Under the pieces are notes generated by a model. That model saw nothing but the letters and a program-made list of their open reading frames with translations, was not told the origin of the DNA and ran no database searches. From positions 1-22,832 of the forward strand of contig JBAXKC010000039.1 in NCBI GenBank assembly GCA_037137535.1: DNA of 22,832 nucleotides, given 5' to 3'. Source of the DNA: a bacterium (lineage in GTDB: Bacteria > Cyanobacteriota > Vampirovibrionia > Gastranaerophilales > JBAXKC01). This document shows positions 9,485 to 18,509 of the stretch, piece after piece (positions within the stretch are counted from its first letter, which is position 1; every line of letters begins with the position of its first letter). Position numbers and translations under genes: made by a program.

Positions 9485-9922
9485 TTAATCTTCTAACATT
9501 TCAACTCTTCGTTGGTGCCTACCGCCTTCAAATTCAGTATTCAACCAAACTCTAACCACGTCAAAAGCAGCTTCATCGCCGATAACACGACCGCCCATAG
9601 TTAATACATTCGCATTATTATGCGCTCTGCTCATTTTTGCGCTATATGTATCGTGGCAGGTGACTGCTCGAATGCCTTTTACTTTATTAGCGGCAATAGC
9701 AACGCCTAAACCCGAACCACAAACAATAATGCCTCTGTCAAACTGACCGTTAGCAACGGAAAGAGAAACTTCTTTAGCAACAATAGGATAATCTATTGGA
9801 GAACCGTCCAATGTACCGAAATCTTTAAATGCAAAACCTTCTTTTTCTAAAATCTTGATAATTTTGGCTTTTAACTCATACCCACCATGATCAGAACCGA
9901 TTGCAATTTTAACACTATTCAT
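9485..9922 (-). CDS. rpiB: Ribose-5-phosphate isomerase B
   Basis: GSDHGG, DYP, CGSGLG, ANKVKGIRA, HNNANV, FEGGRHQRR. Confidence 0.96.
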   Translation of the reverse strand: MNSVKIAIGSDHGGYELKAKIIKILEKEGFAFKDFGTLDGSPIDYPIVAKEVSLSVANGQFDRGIIVCGSGLGVAIAANKVKGIRAVTCHDTYSAKMSRAHNNANVLTMGGRVIGDEAAFDVVRVWLNTEFEGGRHQRRVEMLED

Positions 9923-9948
9923 TATAAACCCTTTCTATGTAAACAGCT

Positions 9949-10566
9949 TTACTCCACTAAAACTGCGCCTTGCCGATATATTTTAATTTTATTATCTGAA
10001 CTTACATATAAAACAGTAGACTCTTTGCCTTCAGAAGGAATATTAAAATCTGACGCCACATAATCAACTTTATTGCCTACACTCGCAACGACCTCATCTC
10101 TTGAAGAATATGCTCCTTCACCGGAGAGATTGGCACTGGTTGTCGCTAGAACATGATCATCCGTGCAAAATTTCAATATGTCTATTATAACAGGGTGATT
10201 AGGAATTCTAAAACCTATTGTGTCCATTTGTGAAGTTATAGTATAAGGAATCTTTTCACTTTTATCCAATACAACAGTCAAAGCACCGGGCATATACTCA
10301 GAGATTAATTCTTTAGCTTTACTTGGAATATTCTTAACCAAAGGAGGTAAATATTTAATATCATCAGATAAAATGATAAGAGGTTTTGATCTATCTCTTC
10401 CTTTTATTTCATAAATTTTATTAACGGCACCTTCATTATTAACAAGGCAGCCAACACCCCAAACGGTATCTGTAGGAAAAGCAATAACACCGCCATTATT
10501 TAAAATAGCTTTAATATGATTAAGTTCATCTCTTGAAAATAGCGTTCTATTCATAATTTGTAACAA
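9949..10566 (-). CDS. tsaC: L-threonylcarbamoyladenylate synthase (TsaC/YrdC-type, no SUA5 C-terminal domain)
   Basis: FPTDTVWG, KGR...KPL, PGALT, R.P.H, TSANLSG. Start may be ATG 10554. Confidence 0.92.
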   Translation of the reverse strand: MLQIMNRTLFSRDELNHIKAILNNGGVIAFPTDTVWGVGCLVNNEGAVNKIYEIKGRDRSKPLIILSDDIKYLPPLVKNIPSKAKELISEYMPGALTVVLDKSEKIPYTITSQMDTIGFRIPNHPVIIDILKFCTDDHVLATTSANLSGEGAYSSRDEVVASVGNKVDYVASDFNIPSEGKESTVLYVSSDNKIKIYRQGAVLVE

Positions 10567-10653
10567 AGCCTAAAAATTTTTAACACATGAAATCATATTT
10601 GTAGTATATTTTGAAAGTAATAGAAAACAACATCTATTCTGATGAAATAACGT

Positions 10654-10726
10654 GGGGCGTTGGCGCAGTTGGTAGCGCGCTTCAATGGCATTGAAGAGGC
10701 CACGAGTTCGAATCTCGTACGCTCCA
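10654..10726 (+). tRNA. tRNA-Ala(GGC), CCA not encoded
   Basis: Cloverleaf: acceptor GGGGCGT/ACGCTCC with G3:U70, D arm GCGC/GCGC, anticodon arm CTTCA-ATGGCAT-TGAAG (GGC at 10687-10689), T arm ACGAG-TTCGAAT-CTCGT. Confidence 0.97.
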
Positions 10727-10809
10727 TATTTTTATTAAACCTGACTTTGCGTAAATCCTACTAATTAATCAAAGAGGCTACGCAAAAGTTTAAGATTTAG
10801 GTTTAATCA

Positions 10810-10849
10810 TTGACAGCGAGTTATTGTTGTTTTATAGATTATGTATAAT
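10810..10849 (+). promoter_or_regulatory. Putative sigma70-type promoter region of rpsL
   Basis: Perfect TTGACA (10810-10815) with TATAGA/TAGATT at 17-19 nt, plus a perfect TATAAT at 10844-10849. Which elements pair is ambiguous. Confidence 0.45.
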
Positions 10850-10893
10850 AATGACGTATTCTGAAAATAAACGGCAGAAACAAGGAGGAATAA

Positions 10894-11274
10894 GTGCCAA
10901 CAATTAATCAATTAGTTCGTAAAGAGCGTTCAAGAGTGATAACAAAGACAAAATCACCTGCACTATCAAGCTGCCCTCAAAGAAGAGGCGTTTGCACAAG
11001 AGTATATACAACAACACCTAAAAAACCGAACTCAGCTTTAAGAAAAGTTGCTAGGGTAAGACTTACCAACGGTTTTGAGGTTACTTCATACATCCCCGGC
11101 GTTGGCCACAACCTTCAAGAGCACTCTGTTGTACTAATCAGAGGCGGGAGAGTAAAAGATCTTCCGGGTGTTCGTTATCACATCGTGAGAGGCGCACTTG
11201 ATACAGCCGGTGTTAAAAACAGAGCTCAATCAAGAAGTAAGTATGGAACCAAAGTAGATAAGAAGAAGAAATAA
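10894..11274 (+). CDS. rpsL: 30S ribosomal protein S12
   Basis: [34 protein letters not shown] start with SD AAGGAGG. Confidence 0.99.
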   Translation: MPTINQLVRKERSRVITKTKSPALSSCPQRRGVCTRVYTTTPKKPNSALRKVARVRLTNGFEVTSYIPGVGHNLQEHSVVLIRGGRVKDLPGVRYHIVRGALDTAGVKNRAQSRSKYGTKVDKKKK

Positions 11275-11288
11275 GGGGATAATCAAGA

Positions 11289-11759
11289 ATGCCACGTAGA
11301 TATAAACCTCAAAAAAGAGTTCCTTTAGCAGATCCTGTTTATAATGATGTTGAAGTATCAAAATTTATAAACAGACTTATGAAAAGAGGAAAGAAAAGTT
11401 TAGCTTCCAGAATTTTCTATTCATCAATTGATTTAATTGCTGAAAGAACAAAAGAAGATGCTATGGAAGTTTTCAACAAAGCTATTAAAAACGTTACTCC
11501 TCTTGTTGAAGTAAAAGCAAGAAGAATTGGCGGATCTACATATCAAGTGCCTATAGATGTTAAACCTGAAAGAGGATCAGCTCTTGCTATGGCTTGGCTT
11601 ATTGCTTATTCCAAAAAAAGAAATGGAAGATCAATGGTTGAAAAGCTTGCTAATGAAGTTATCGATGCTTCAAACGGCAACGGCGCATCTGTAAAGAAAC
11701 GTGATGAAACCCATAAAATGGCTGAAGCTAACAAAGCTTTTGCTCATTACAGATATTAA
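11289..11759 (+). CDS. rpsG: 30S ribosomal protein S7
   Basis: [29 protein letters not shown]. Confidence 0.99.
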   Translation: MPRRYKPQKRVPLADPVYNDVEVSKFINRLMKRGKKSLASRIFYSSIDLIAERTKEDAMEVFNKAIKNVTPLVEVKARRIGGSTYQVPIDVKPERGSALAMAWLIAYSKKRNGRSMVEKLANEVIDASNGNGASVKKRDETHKMAEANKAFAHYRY

Positions 11760-11764
11760 TCTAA

Positions 11765-11812
11765 AATAATAAAAATCGGAAAGCATTTATTGTTTTCCGA
11801 TTTTTTATTATT
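11765..11812 (+). terminator. Terminator-like hairpin between rpsG and fusA
   Basis: AATAATAAAAATCGGAAAGCA / TGTTTTCCGATTTTTTATTATT with a T-tract. Confidence 0.7.
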
Positions 11813-11989
11813 AGGTAAATTTGAACGTTATAAGATGTCAAACGTCCCTAGTCTTAAAAGAAAACTAGTTGGAAGTTTGGCATGTTTAGTAAACTTAACA
11901 AATTTACAAAGTTTTATATAAGTAATTCACTTGTTTGAGATAAAATATTATTGTACACATAGGTTAGTTTAGTTAGAAGGAAAATAAAA

Positions 11990-14068
11990 GTGGCTAGAAA
12001 CATACCTTTAGAACGAATTAGAAATATAGGTATCGCAGCTCATATCGATGCCGGTAAAACAACAACAACAGAAAGAATCTTATATTATACAGGCTTCAGC
12101 CATAAAATCGGCGAAGTACATGAAGGTACTGCTGTTACCGATTATATGGAACAAGAAAGAGAGCGTGGTATTACAATTACCTCTGCTTGCGTAAAAAGTT
12201 TCTGGAAAGATCACCAAGTAAACATTATTGACACCCCTGGACACGTTGACTTCACAATTGAAGTTGAAAGATCATTACGTGTACTTGATGGTGTTGTTGC
12301 TGTATTCTGCGCTGTTGGTGGTGTTCAATCACAATCAGAAACAGTTTGGAGACAGGCTGAAAGATATAAAGTTCCAAGAATCGTATTTGTAAACAAAATG
12401 GATAGAACCGGAGCTAATTTCCAAAGAGTAATAGAACAAGTAAGAACAAGACTTTTAGCTAATATTCACCCAATTCAATTACCTATCGGTGCTGAAGATC
12501 AATTAAAAGGTATTGTTGACCTTGTAAGACAAAAAGCTTACATCTATACAAATGATATCGGCACAGACGTTATCGAACAGGAAATCCCTGAAGATATGGT
12601 TGAAGAAGCAGCTATTGCTAGAGATCAACTTATCGAAGCAGCGGCTGAAATGGACGATGAGCTTATGATGAAATACCTTGAAGGGGAAACTCTTACAGAG
12701 GAAGAAATCATTCGTGGTCTTAGAAAAGGTACTATTGAAAATAGACTTATTCCTGCTGTTTGCGGTTCAGCATTCAAAAACAAAGGCGTTCAGCTTATGT
12801 TAGATGCTGTAATTGACTACTTACCATCACCTTTAGAAGTTCCTGCGATTAAAGGTGTGCTTGAAGACGGAACAGAAGAATTAAGACATGCTGATGACAG
12901 CGAACCATTCTCCGCTCTTGCATTTAAAATTATTACTGACCCTTACGTCGGTAGATTAACCTTTATCAGAGTTTATAGCGGAACTCTTAAAGCTGGTAGC
13001 TATGTTTACAATGCTACAAAAGGTAAAAAAGAAAGAATTAGCCGTATCGTTCAGATGCAAGCTGATCAAAGAACTGAAATTGATGAGATCTGCGCAGGCG
13101 ATTTAGCTGCTGCGGTTGGATTAAAAGATACAACAACAGGTGATTCATTAACAAGTGAAGATAGACCAATAATTCTTGAGTCAATTACATTCCCAGAACC
13201 TGTAATTGCTGTTGCTATTGAACCAAAAACAAAAGCTGACCAAGATAAATTATCAAACGGTCTTAATAAACTTGCTGAAGAAGATCCTTCCTTCAGAGTT
13301 AAAATTGACCCTGAAACAAACCAAACAATTATTGCAGGTATGGGCGAACTTCACCTTGAAATTATTGTTGACAGATTATTAAGAGAATTCAAAGTAAGTG
13401 CTAACGTTGGTAAACCACAAGTTGCTTACAGAGAAACAATCACAAAACAAGTTAGAGTTGAAGGTAAATTCGTCAGACAATCCGGTGGTAAAGGTCAATA
13501 CGGTCACGTATGGCTTGTACTTGAACCTCAAGAACCAGGTTCAGGATTCAAATTTGAAAATAAAATTGTTGGTGGTGTTGTACCTAGAGAATACGTTCCT
13601 GCTATTCAAAAAGGTATCGAAGAAACTTTACTTGGCGGCGTAATTGCAGGCTATGAAGTTATCGACGTAAAAGCATCATTAGTTGATGGTAGCTATCACG
13701 ATGTCGATTCAAACGAGATGGCATTTAAAATTGCTTCCAGTATGGCTGTTAAAGAAGGCGTTAAAAAAGGCGGCGGTATAATACTTGAGCCTATGATGAA
13801 AGTTGAAATTGAAGTACCTGAAGACTTCTTAGGCGATGTTATCGGTGATATGTCATCAAGAAGAGGACGTATTGAAGGTATGGAAGCTATTGAAGGTACA
13901 GGAATCCATAAAGTACAAACAATAGTTCCTCTTTCAGAAATGTTCGGATATTCAACCGATATCAGAAGTAAAACTCAAGGTAGAGGAACCTTCTCAATGG
14001 AATTCGCAAAATATGAGCCAGTTCCAAACAACATTGCTGAAGGTATTATCAGCAAATGTAGCGCATAA
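11990..14068 (+). CDS. fusA: Elongation factor G
   Basis: [47 protein letters not shown] start. Confidence 0.99.
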   Translation: MARNIPLERIRNIGIAAHIDAGKTTTTERILYYTGFSHKIGEVHEGTAVTDYMEQERERGITITSACVKSFWKDHQVNIIDTPGHVDFTIEVERSLRVLDGVVAVFCAVGGVQSQSETVWRQAERYKVPRIVFVNKMDRTGANFQRVIEQVRTRLLANIHPIQLPIGAEDQLKGIVDLVRQKAYIYTNDIGTDVIEQEIPEDMVEEAAIARDQLIEAAAEMDDELMMKYLEGETLTEEEIIRGLRKGTIENRLIPAVCGSAFKNKGVQLMLDAVIDYLPSPLEVPAIKGVLEDGTEELRHADDSEPFSALAFKIITDPYVGRLTFIRVYSGTLKAGSYVYNATKGKKERISRIVQMQADQRTEIDEICAGDLAAAVGLKDTTTGDSLTSEDRPIILESITFPEPVIAVAIEPKTKADQDKLSNGLNKLAEEDPSFRVKIDPETNQTIIAGMGELHLEIIVDRLLREFKVSANVGKPQVAYRETITKQVRVEGKFVRQSGGKGQYGHVWLVLEPQEPGSGFKFENKIVGGVVPREYVPAIQKGIEETLLGGVIAGYEVIDVKASLVDGSYHDVDSNEMAFKIASSMAVKEGVKKGGGIILEPMMKVEIEVPEDFLGDVIGDMSSRRGRIEGMEAIEGTGIHKVQTIVPLSEMFGYSTDIRSKTQGRGTFSMEFAKYEPVPNNIAEGIISKCSA

Positions 14069-14084
14069 TTTCTTAAGAAATACT

Positions 14085-14113
14085 AAAAGGGCTTCCTTCG
14101 GGAAGTCCTTTTT
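14085..14113 (+). terminator. Intrinsic terminator with cUUCGg tetraloop
   Basis: AAAAGGGCTTCC-TTCG-GGAAGTCCTTTTT. Confidence 0.9.
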
Positions 14114-14180
14114 ATATATGTTTTAATTTATTTAAAATTAAACTATAATAATCAAAACAAATAGTTTAAGGGGAAAAAAC

Positions 14181-15173
14181 ATGCAAGATTGCGGTAAGTT
14201 AAGCATAAAAATTATAAAAGAATCATTTCTGGAATTTAAAAATATTTTTGAGACCTTTAGACTTCAATCAATGGTTGATTATAAATTTGAAACCCCTCCA
14301 TTAAGTTTTGAAGATGCTGCAACATTAATTGAAAATGAAACACTAAAAGGCTATGTTTTATATGAAGATGAAAAACCAGCCGGATTTTTACTTTATTTTG
14401 TATCCGATCTTCAAGCTATAGAAGTAAACATAATTCATATTGAAGGTAAAAATTTTATAAATAAAAAAAGAAAAGAATTATTAGCTAGACTAGTTGAAGA
14501 TGTAAAAGGACAAGATTTCTGGAACGTTATAAGCTATCCGCTTCTAGGCATACAACAATCCTTTATGAGGGAAATTGTTCAGGTAGGCTTTAAAATGGTG
14601 GGACAAACAATAGTAAAATTCCCTTTTGATAGTCCTTTATCTGATAAAATACGAAAAAAAGTTAATTTAGCAGATTTACCTGAAGATTATGAATTAACAG
14701 AGTGGAAGCCTGAATATTTTGAACAAGCCTGCGATGTAATATTTGAATCTTTTAGTAAGGCAAAAGACACCTTATTCGATCCAAGATTTTTAACCTTAGA
14801 AGGGACTCGTGATGTTCTAACTAAAATTACAACTGAAGAATATGGTGTTTTCCTAGACAAGGTTACCAGTGTATTATTATATAAAGGTAATGTTGTAGGA
14901 ATTTGTTTTACAAATTTAACAAATCCTCTAATTATGAATATTCCTCTTGTAGGAATTAAAGATACTTATAAAAATAAAGGATTTGGGAAATATCTGCTAA
15001 AACAGACAACAGACAAAGCAGTAAATAAAATTAAAGAAGAACAAGTAAAAATATTTGAACTAAACGCAACAGTAGAAACTGATAATTTCCCCGCATTAAG
15101 AATGTATAGAAAAATTGGTTATGTAGAAGATCATTCATATCCTCATGCATATTTAAGCAATTCTTGTTCTTAA
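14181..15173 (+). CDS. GNAT-family N-acetyltransferase (probably tandem GNAT domains)
   Basis: Acetyl-CoA motif A-like VGIKDTYKNKGFGKYLL and C-terminal NFPALRMYRKIGY. Confidence 0.8.
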   Translation: MQDCGKLSIKIIKESFLEFKNIFETFRLQSMVDYKFETPPLSFEDAATLIENETLKGYVLYEDEKPAGFLLYFVSDLQAIEVNIIHIEGKNFINKKRKELLARLVEDVKGQDFWNVISYPLLGIQQSFMREIVQVGFKMVGQTIVKFPFDSPLSDKIRKKVNLADLPEDYELTEWKPEYFEQACDVIFESFSKAKDTLFDPRFLTLEGTRDVLTKITTEEYGVFLDKVTSVLLYKGNVVGICFTNLTNPLIMNIPLVGIKDTYKNKGFGKYLLKQTTDKAVNKIKEEQVKIFELNATVETDNFPALRMYRKIGYVEDHSYPHAYLSNSCS

Positions 15174-15253
15174 TAAAAAGTATAACTAAAATATTTAAGC
15201 AATATTGAAAATTAAATTGTTTTTATATAGCTATAAGCAATATAGAGGAATAC

Positions 15254-15466
15254 CTGATTAATTTAAGAAATGTTGTTTATAATATAGCAAAAAAAACTAC
15301 TACACCTGTTGTTCTTGGTTTATGTTGCCTCACAACTCACCCTCAATTAAGTACTGTACCAAAACTAGTTGCAAAACTTATTGAAGATAAAGAGCTTATA
15401 GCCTCTATTGAAAAATTTGTAGAAAAATCTTCAAAAAATAACGATATATTTACTAAACTCAAATAA
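15254..15466 (+). CDS. Putative 69-70 aa small protein with non-canonical start (CTG 15254 or ATT 15257), absent from the ORF track
   Basis: Open frame (M)INLRNVVYNIAKKTTTPVVLGLCCLTTHPQ...NDIFTKLK*, SD GAGGA at 15245-15249, terminator directly downstream. Confidence 0.5.
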   Translation: MINLRNVVYNIAKKTTTPVVLGLCCLTTHPQLSTVPKLVAKLIEDKELIASIEKFVEKSSKNNDIFTKLK

Positions 15467-15490
15467 AAGACAAAAACATAATAAAATTAG

Positions 15491-15514
15491 AAAGCGCCTT
15501 CAAGGGCGTTTTTT
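15491..15514 (+). terminator. Intrinsic terminator
   Basis: AAAGCGCCT-TCAA-GGGCGTTT followed by a T-tract. Confidence 0.8.
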
Positions 15515-15659
15515 AGCAAAATATTTTTAAAAACAATGTATAATGTTGCCATAATAAGAATCTAAAGAATTGATAATTGAAAATAGGTCTACTTATCAAT
15601 GTACACTAACCTTATTTAAAATAAACTTATAGTGTTACTGTAAACTTTGAAGAGTAATA

Positions 15660-17534
15660 ATGAACAAAAAATTATTTAAAAGAATAGGAATGATTGCTTT
15701 AATTATTTTGATAATTCTATTATTGATTAAAGCCTGTGTTAATGCAGATATTGAGGAAAAGTCATTTAATAATACTGAAAAGGAAAATGCTCTTTCAGTA
15801 ACAAAGCAGCGTTCCCCCGGAAATTTTAAAACGGTGGAAATAAACGGAGTAGAATATAAACAGGCAAGAGGCGAAGTCGGTCAATTTGGAGGAACGCTTG
15901 TTTCTTCATCAATAGGAGAAGGACCTAAAACCTTTAATCCATGGGTATCAAAAGATGCTACTTCAGGCGAAATGAGCGATTTAATGTTTGACGGATTGGT
16001 TAATACTGATGCTTATACAGGTGAAGTAAATCCACAATTAGCAAAAGAAATAAAAGTCGATAAATCGGGCAAAGTTTATACAATAAAACTCAGAAAAGGT
16101 TTAACATGGTCTGATGGCAAGTCTATAACGGCTGATGACGTATTATTTACATATAATACTATTATAGCCAAAGGCTTTGGTAATGCCAGCATGAGAGATA
16201 ACATACTCGTTAATAATCAAATGCCTTCGCTAAAAAAAATTGATGATTTAACTGTAGAATTTACCACACCAAGTACATTTGCACCTTTTTTAAGACAATT
16301 AAGCATTCCAATTGCACCAAAACATATTCTTGAAGCTGTAACGAATCAAGGAGAAAAGGAATTTAACTTATTCTGGGGAGTTTCTACAAATCCTAAAGAT
16401 TTTGTAACCAGCGGTATGTTCAGATTATCAAAGTACATTCCCGCTCAAAGAGTTGAGTTTGTAAGAAATACTAATTATTATTTTATTGATAAAAAAGGAA
16501 GACAACTTCCATATTTAAGCAAATATATTATTCAAATTGTTGGAGATATAAATAATCAGGTACTTAAATTTGAAGGGAAAGAGCTGGATTTTTTAGGTAT
16601 AAACGGCTCGATGGTATCAAAATTCAAAGCATTTGAAAAACATTCCGATTATAAAATATATAATCTTGGCCCTGATTTAGGAACTACATTTTTTACGTTA
16701 AATTTAAATAAACGAAAAAATGATGCAGGAGAATACTATGTAAATCCAATTAAGCAAAAATGGTTTAACGATTTAAACTTCAGAACAGCTGTTGATTACA
16801 CAATAGACAGAGAAAGCATTGTTTCAAATGTATTATCTGGAGTAGGTGCGCCTTTATTTACAGCTGAAGCTTTATCTTCAATATATTTAAACCAAAAAAT
16901 TAAAAATGGACATCCTAGAGATATCAACTATGCTAAAAATCTTTTGAGAAAATCAGGATTTACTTGGGATAAAAACGGACTATTACATGATAAAGACGGT
17001 AATCAAGTTGAATTTAATCTTCTTACAAATGCAGGCAATACAGAACGTGAAGCTGTTGGCGTAATGGTTAAAGAAGACCTTGAAGAATTGGGGATAAAAG
17101 TTAATTTTAAACCGATTGAATTTAATGTTCTGGTCGGTAAACTTAATGATACGCTAGACTGGGAGGGCATAATAATTGGGCTGACAGGAAGTCCGTTAGA
17201 GCCTCATAACGGCAAAAACGTTTGGTACAGCACAGGAAGTTTACATTTATTTAATCAACGCAAAGGCAAAGAACTTGAAACAAAAGCCGATCTTCGCCCA
17301 TGGGAAGCGCAACTTGATACAATGTTCGATAAAGGCGCAAGCGCATTAGCTTTTAATGAAAGAAAAAAATATTACGATCAATATCAGGACATTGTTTATA
17401 AAGAAAAACCAATGATTTATTTATACTCACCGCTGAGAATATCTGCCATAAGAAAGAAATATAAAAATATTCGACCTACAATAATAGGCGGAATGTTGCA
17501 TAATTTGGAAGAAATCTATATTAAGGAAAAATAA
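15660..17534 (+). CDS. ABC transporter substrate-binding protein, family 5 (OppA/DppA/NikA-like)
   Basis: PKTFNP, LRKGLTWSDGKSITADDVLFT, FRTAVDYTIDR, N-terminal hydrophobic anchor ending LIKAC. Confidence 0.92.
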   Translation: MNKKLFKRIGMIALIILIILLLIKACVNADIEEKSFNNTEKENALSVTKQRSPGNFKTVEINGVEYKQARGEVGQFGGTLVSSSIGEGPKTFNPWVSKDATSGEMSDLMFDGLVNTDAYTGEVNPQLAKEIKVDKSGKVYTIKLRKGLTWSDGKSITADDVLFTYNTIIAKGFGNASMRDNILVNNQMPSLKKIDDLTVEFTTPSTFAPFLRQLSIPIAPKHILEAVTNQGEKEFNLFWGVSTNPKDFVTSGMFRLSKYIPAQRVEFVRNTNYYFIDKKGRQLPYLSKYIIQIVGDINNQVLKFEGKELDFLGINGSMVSKFKAFEKHSDYKIYNLGPDLGTTFFTLNLNKRKNDAGEYYVNPIKQKWFNDLNFRTAVDYTIDRESIVSNVLSGVGAPLFTAEALSSIYLNQKIKNGHPRDINYAKNLLRKSGFTWDKNGLLHDKDGNQVEFNLLTNAGNTEREAVGVMVKEDLEELGIKVNFKPIEFNVLVGKLNDTLDWEGIIIGLTGSPLEPHNGKNVWYSTGSLHLFNQRKGKELETKADLRPWEAQLDTMFDKGASALAFNERKKYYDQYQDIVYKEKPMIYLYSPLRISAIRKKYKNIRPTIIGGMLHNLEEIYIKEK

Positions 17535-17538
17535 AAAC

Positions 17539-18507
17539 ATGTCTATTTACGTTTATATTTTAAAAAGAATAATGCAAGCTATACCATTATTGATTTTAAT
17601 ATCAATAATAAGTTTCCTTATTATTAGATTAAGTCCTGTTGACCCTTTAGCAGAGCTAAAACTAAACCCTGCAATATCACAGCAGACTTTAAAAGCTGAA
17701 AAAGAACGATTAGGTTTAGATAAACCAATGCTAGTGCAATATTTCAAATGGGCAGATTCAGCTTTAAAAGGTGATTTAGGGGTATCGACCTCGGGAGAAA
17801 AAGTTTCAGATAAATTAATACAAAGAATTCCAAATACATTATTACTTACGACAATCACAATTGTTGTAACTTGGCTTATAGCAATACCATTAGGTATTAT
17901 AGCCTCGTTAAAGTGGAAATCGGCTTTTGACAGAATAACAACAATTTTATCCGCCATCGGTATGGCGATACCGACTTTTTTCTTTTCACTTTTAATGCTC
18001 ATATTTGCTGTAAAAACAGGCTGGTTTCCTGTTGGTGGATTAACAAGCATTGGTTTTGAAAAATTCAGTTTAATTGGCAAAATTTTAGATATAGGACATC
18101 ATTTATTTCTACCTGTTCTTGTTCTTTCAACAGCAAGTGTAGCAGGATTACAAAGACAAATGAGAGGTAATTTACTGGATATACTTGAATCTGACTATAT
18201 AAAAATGGCTAGAGCCAAAGGCTTACCTGAAAATATTGTAATATACAAACATGCCGTCAGAAATGCGATAAATCCACTCGTAACGCTGTTAGGATTTGAG
18301 TTTTCGTCATTATTAAGCGGAGCAGCCCTTACTGAATATGTATTTCAATATCCAGGGCTAGGTAGACTTATTTTAGAAGCTGTTATAAAGCTTGATATAA
18401 ATCTGGTAATGGCGTCATTGATGATGGGGGCTATAATGCTTGTAATCGGTAATTTGATTGCTGATATTCTCCTAAAAATCGTTGATCCTAGAATAACATT
18501 GGGGTAA
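17539..18507 (+). CDS. Peptide/nickel ABC permease (OppB-like)
   Basis: GLDKP..QY..W, EAA-like DYIKMARAKGL, HAVRNA, PGLGRL, DPRI. Confidence 0.93.
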   Translation: MSIYVYILKRIMQAIPLLILISIISFLIIRLSPVDPLAELKLNPAISQQTLKAEKERLGLDKPMLVQYFKWADSALKGDLGVSTSGEKVSDKLIQRIPNTLLLTTITIVVTWLIAIPLGIIASLKWKSAFDRITTILSAIGMAIPTFFFSLLMLIFAVKTGWFPVGGLTSIGFEKFSLIGKILDIGHHLFLPVLVLSTASVAGLQRQMRGNLLDILESDYIKMARAKGLPENIVIYKHAVRNAINPLVTLLGFEFSSLLSGAALTEYVFQYPGLGRLILEAVIKLDINLVMASLMMGAIMLVIGNLIADILLKIVDPRITLG

Positions 18508-18509
18508 TT

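Noticed and set aside
10654-10726. tRNA as an integration site for a genomic island
   Set aside because: No integrase and no duplicated tRNA 3' end seen; the flanks are core genes.
10894-11274. Streptomycin-resistance substitutions in S12
   Set aside because: PKKPNS and RVKDLPG are wild type.
13398-13643. 81-aa alternate-frame ORF inside fusA
   Set aside because: Codon-bias by-product within a highly conserved gene.
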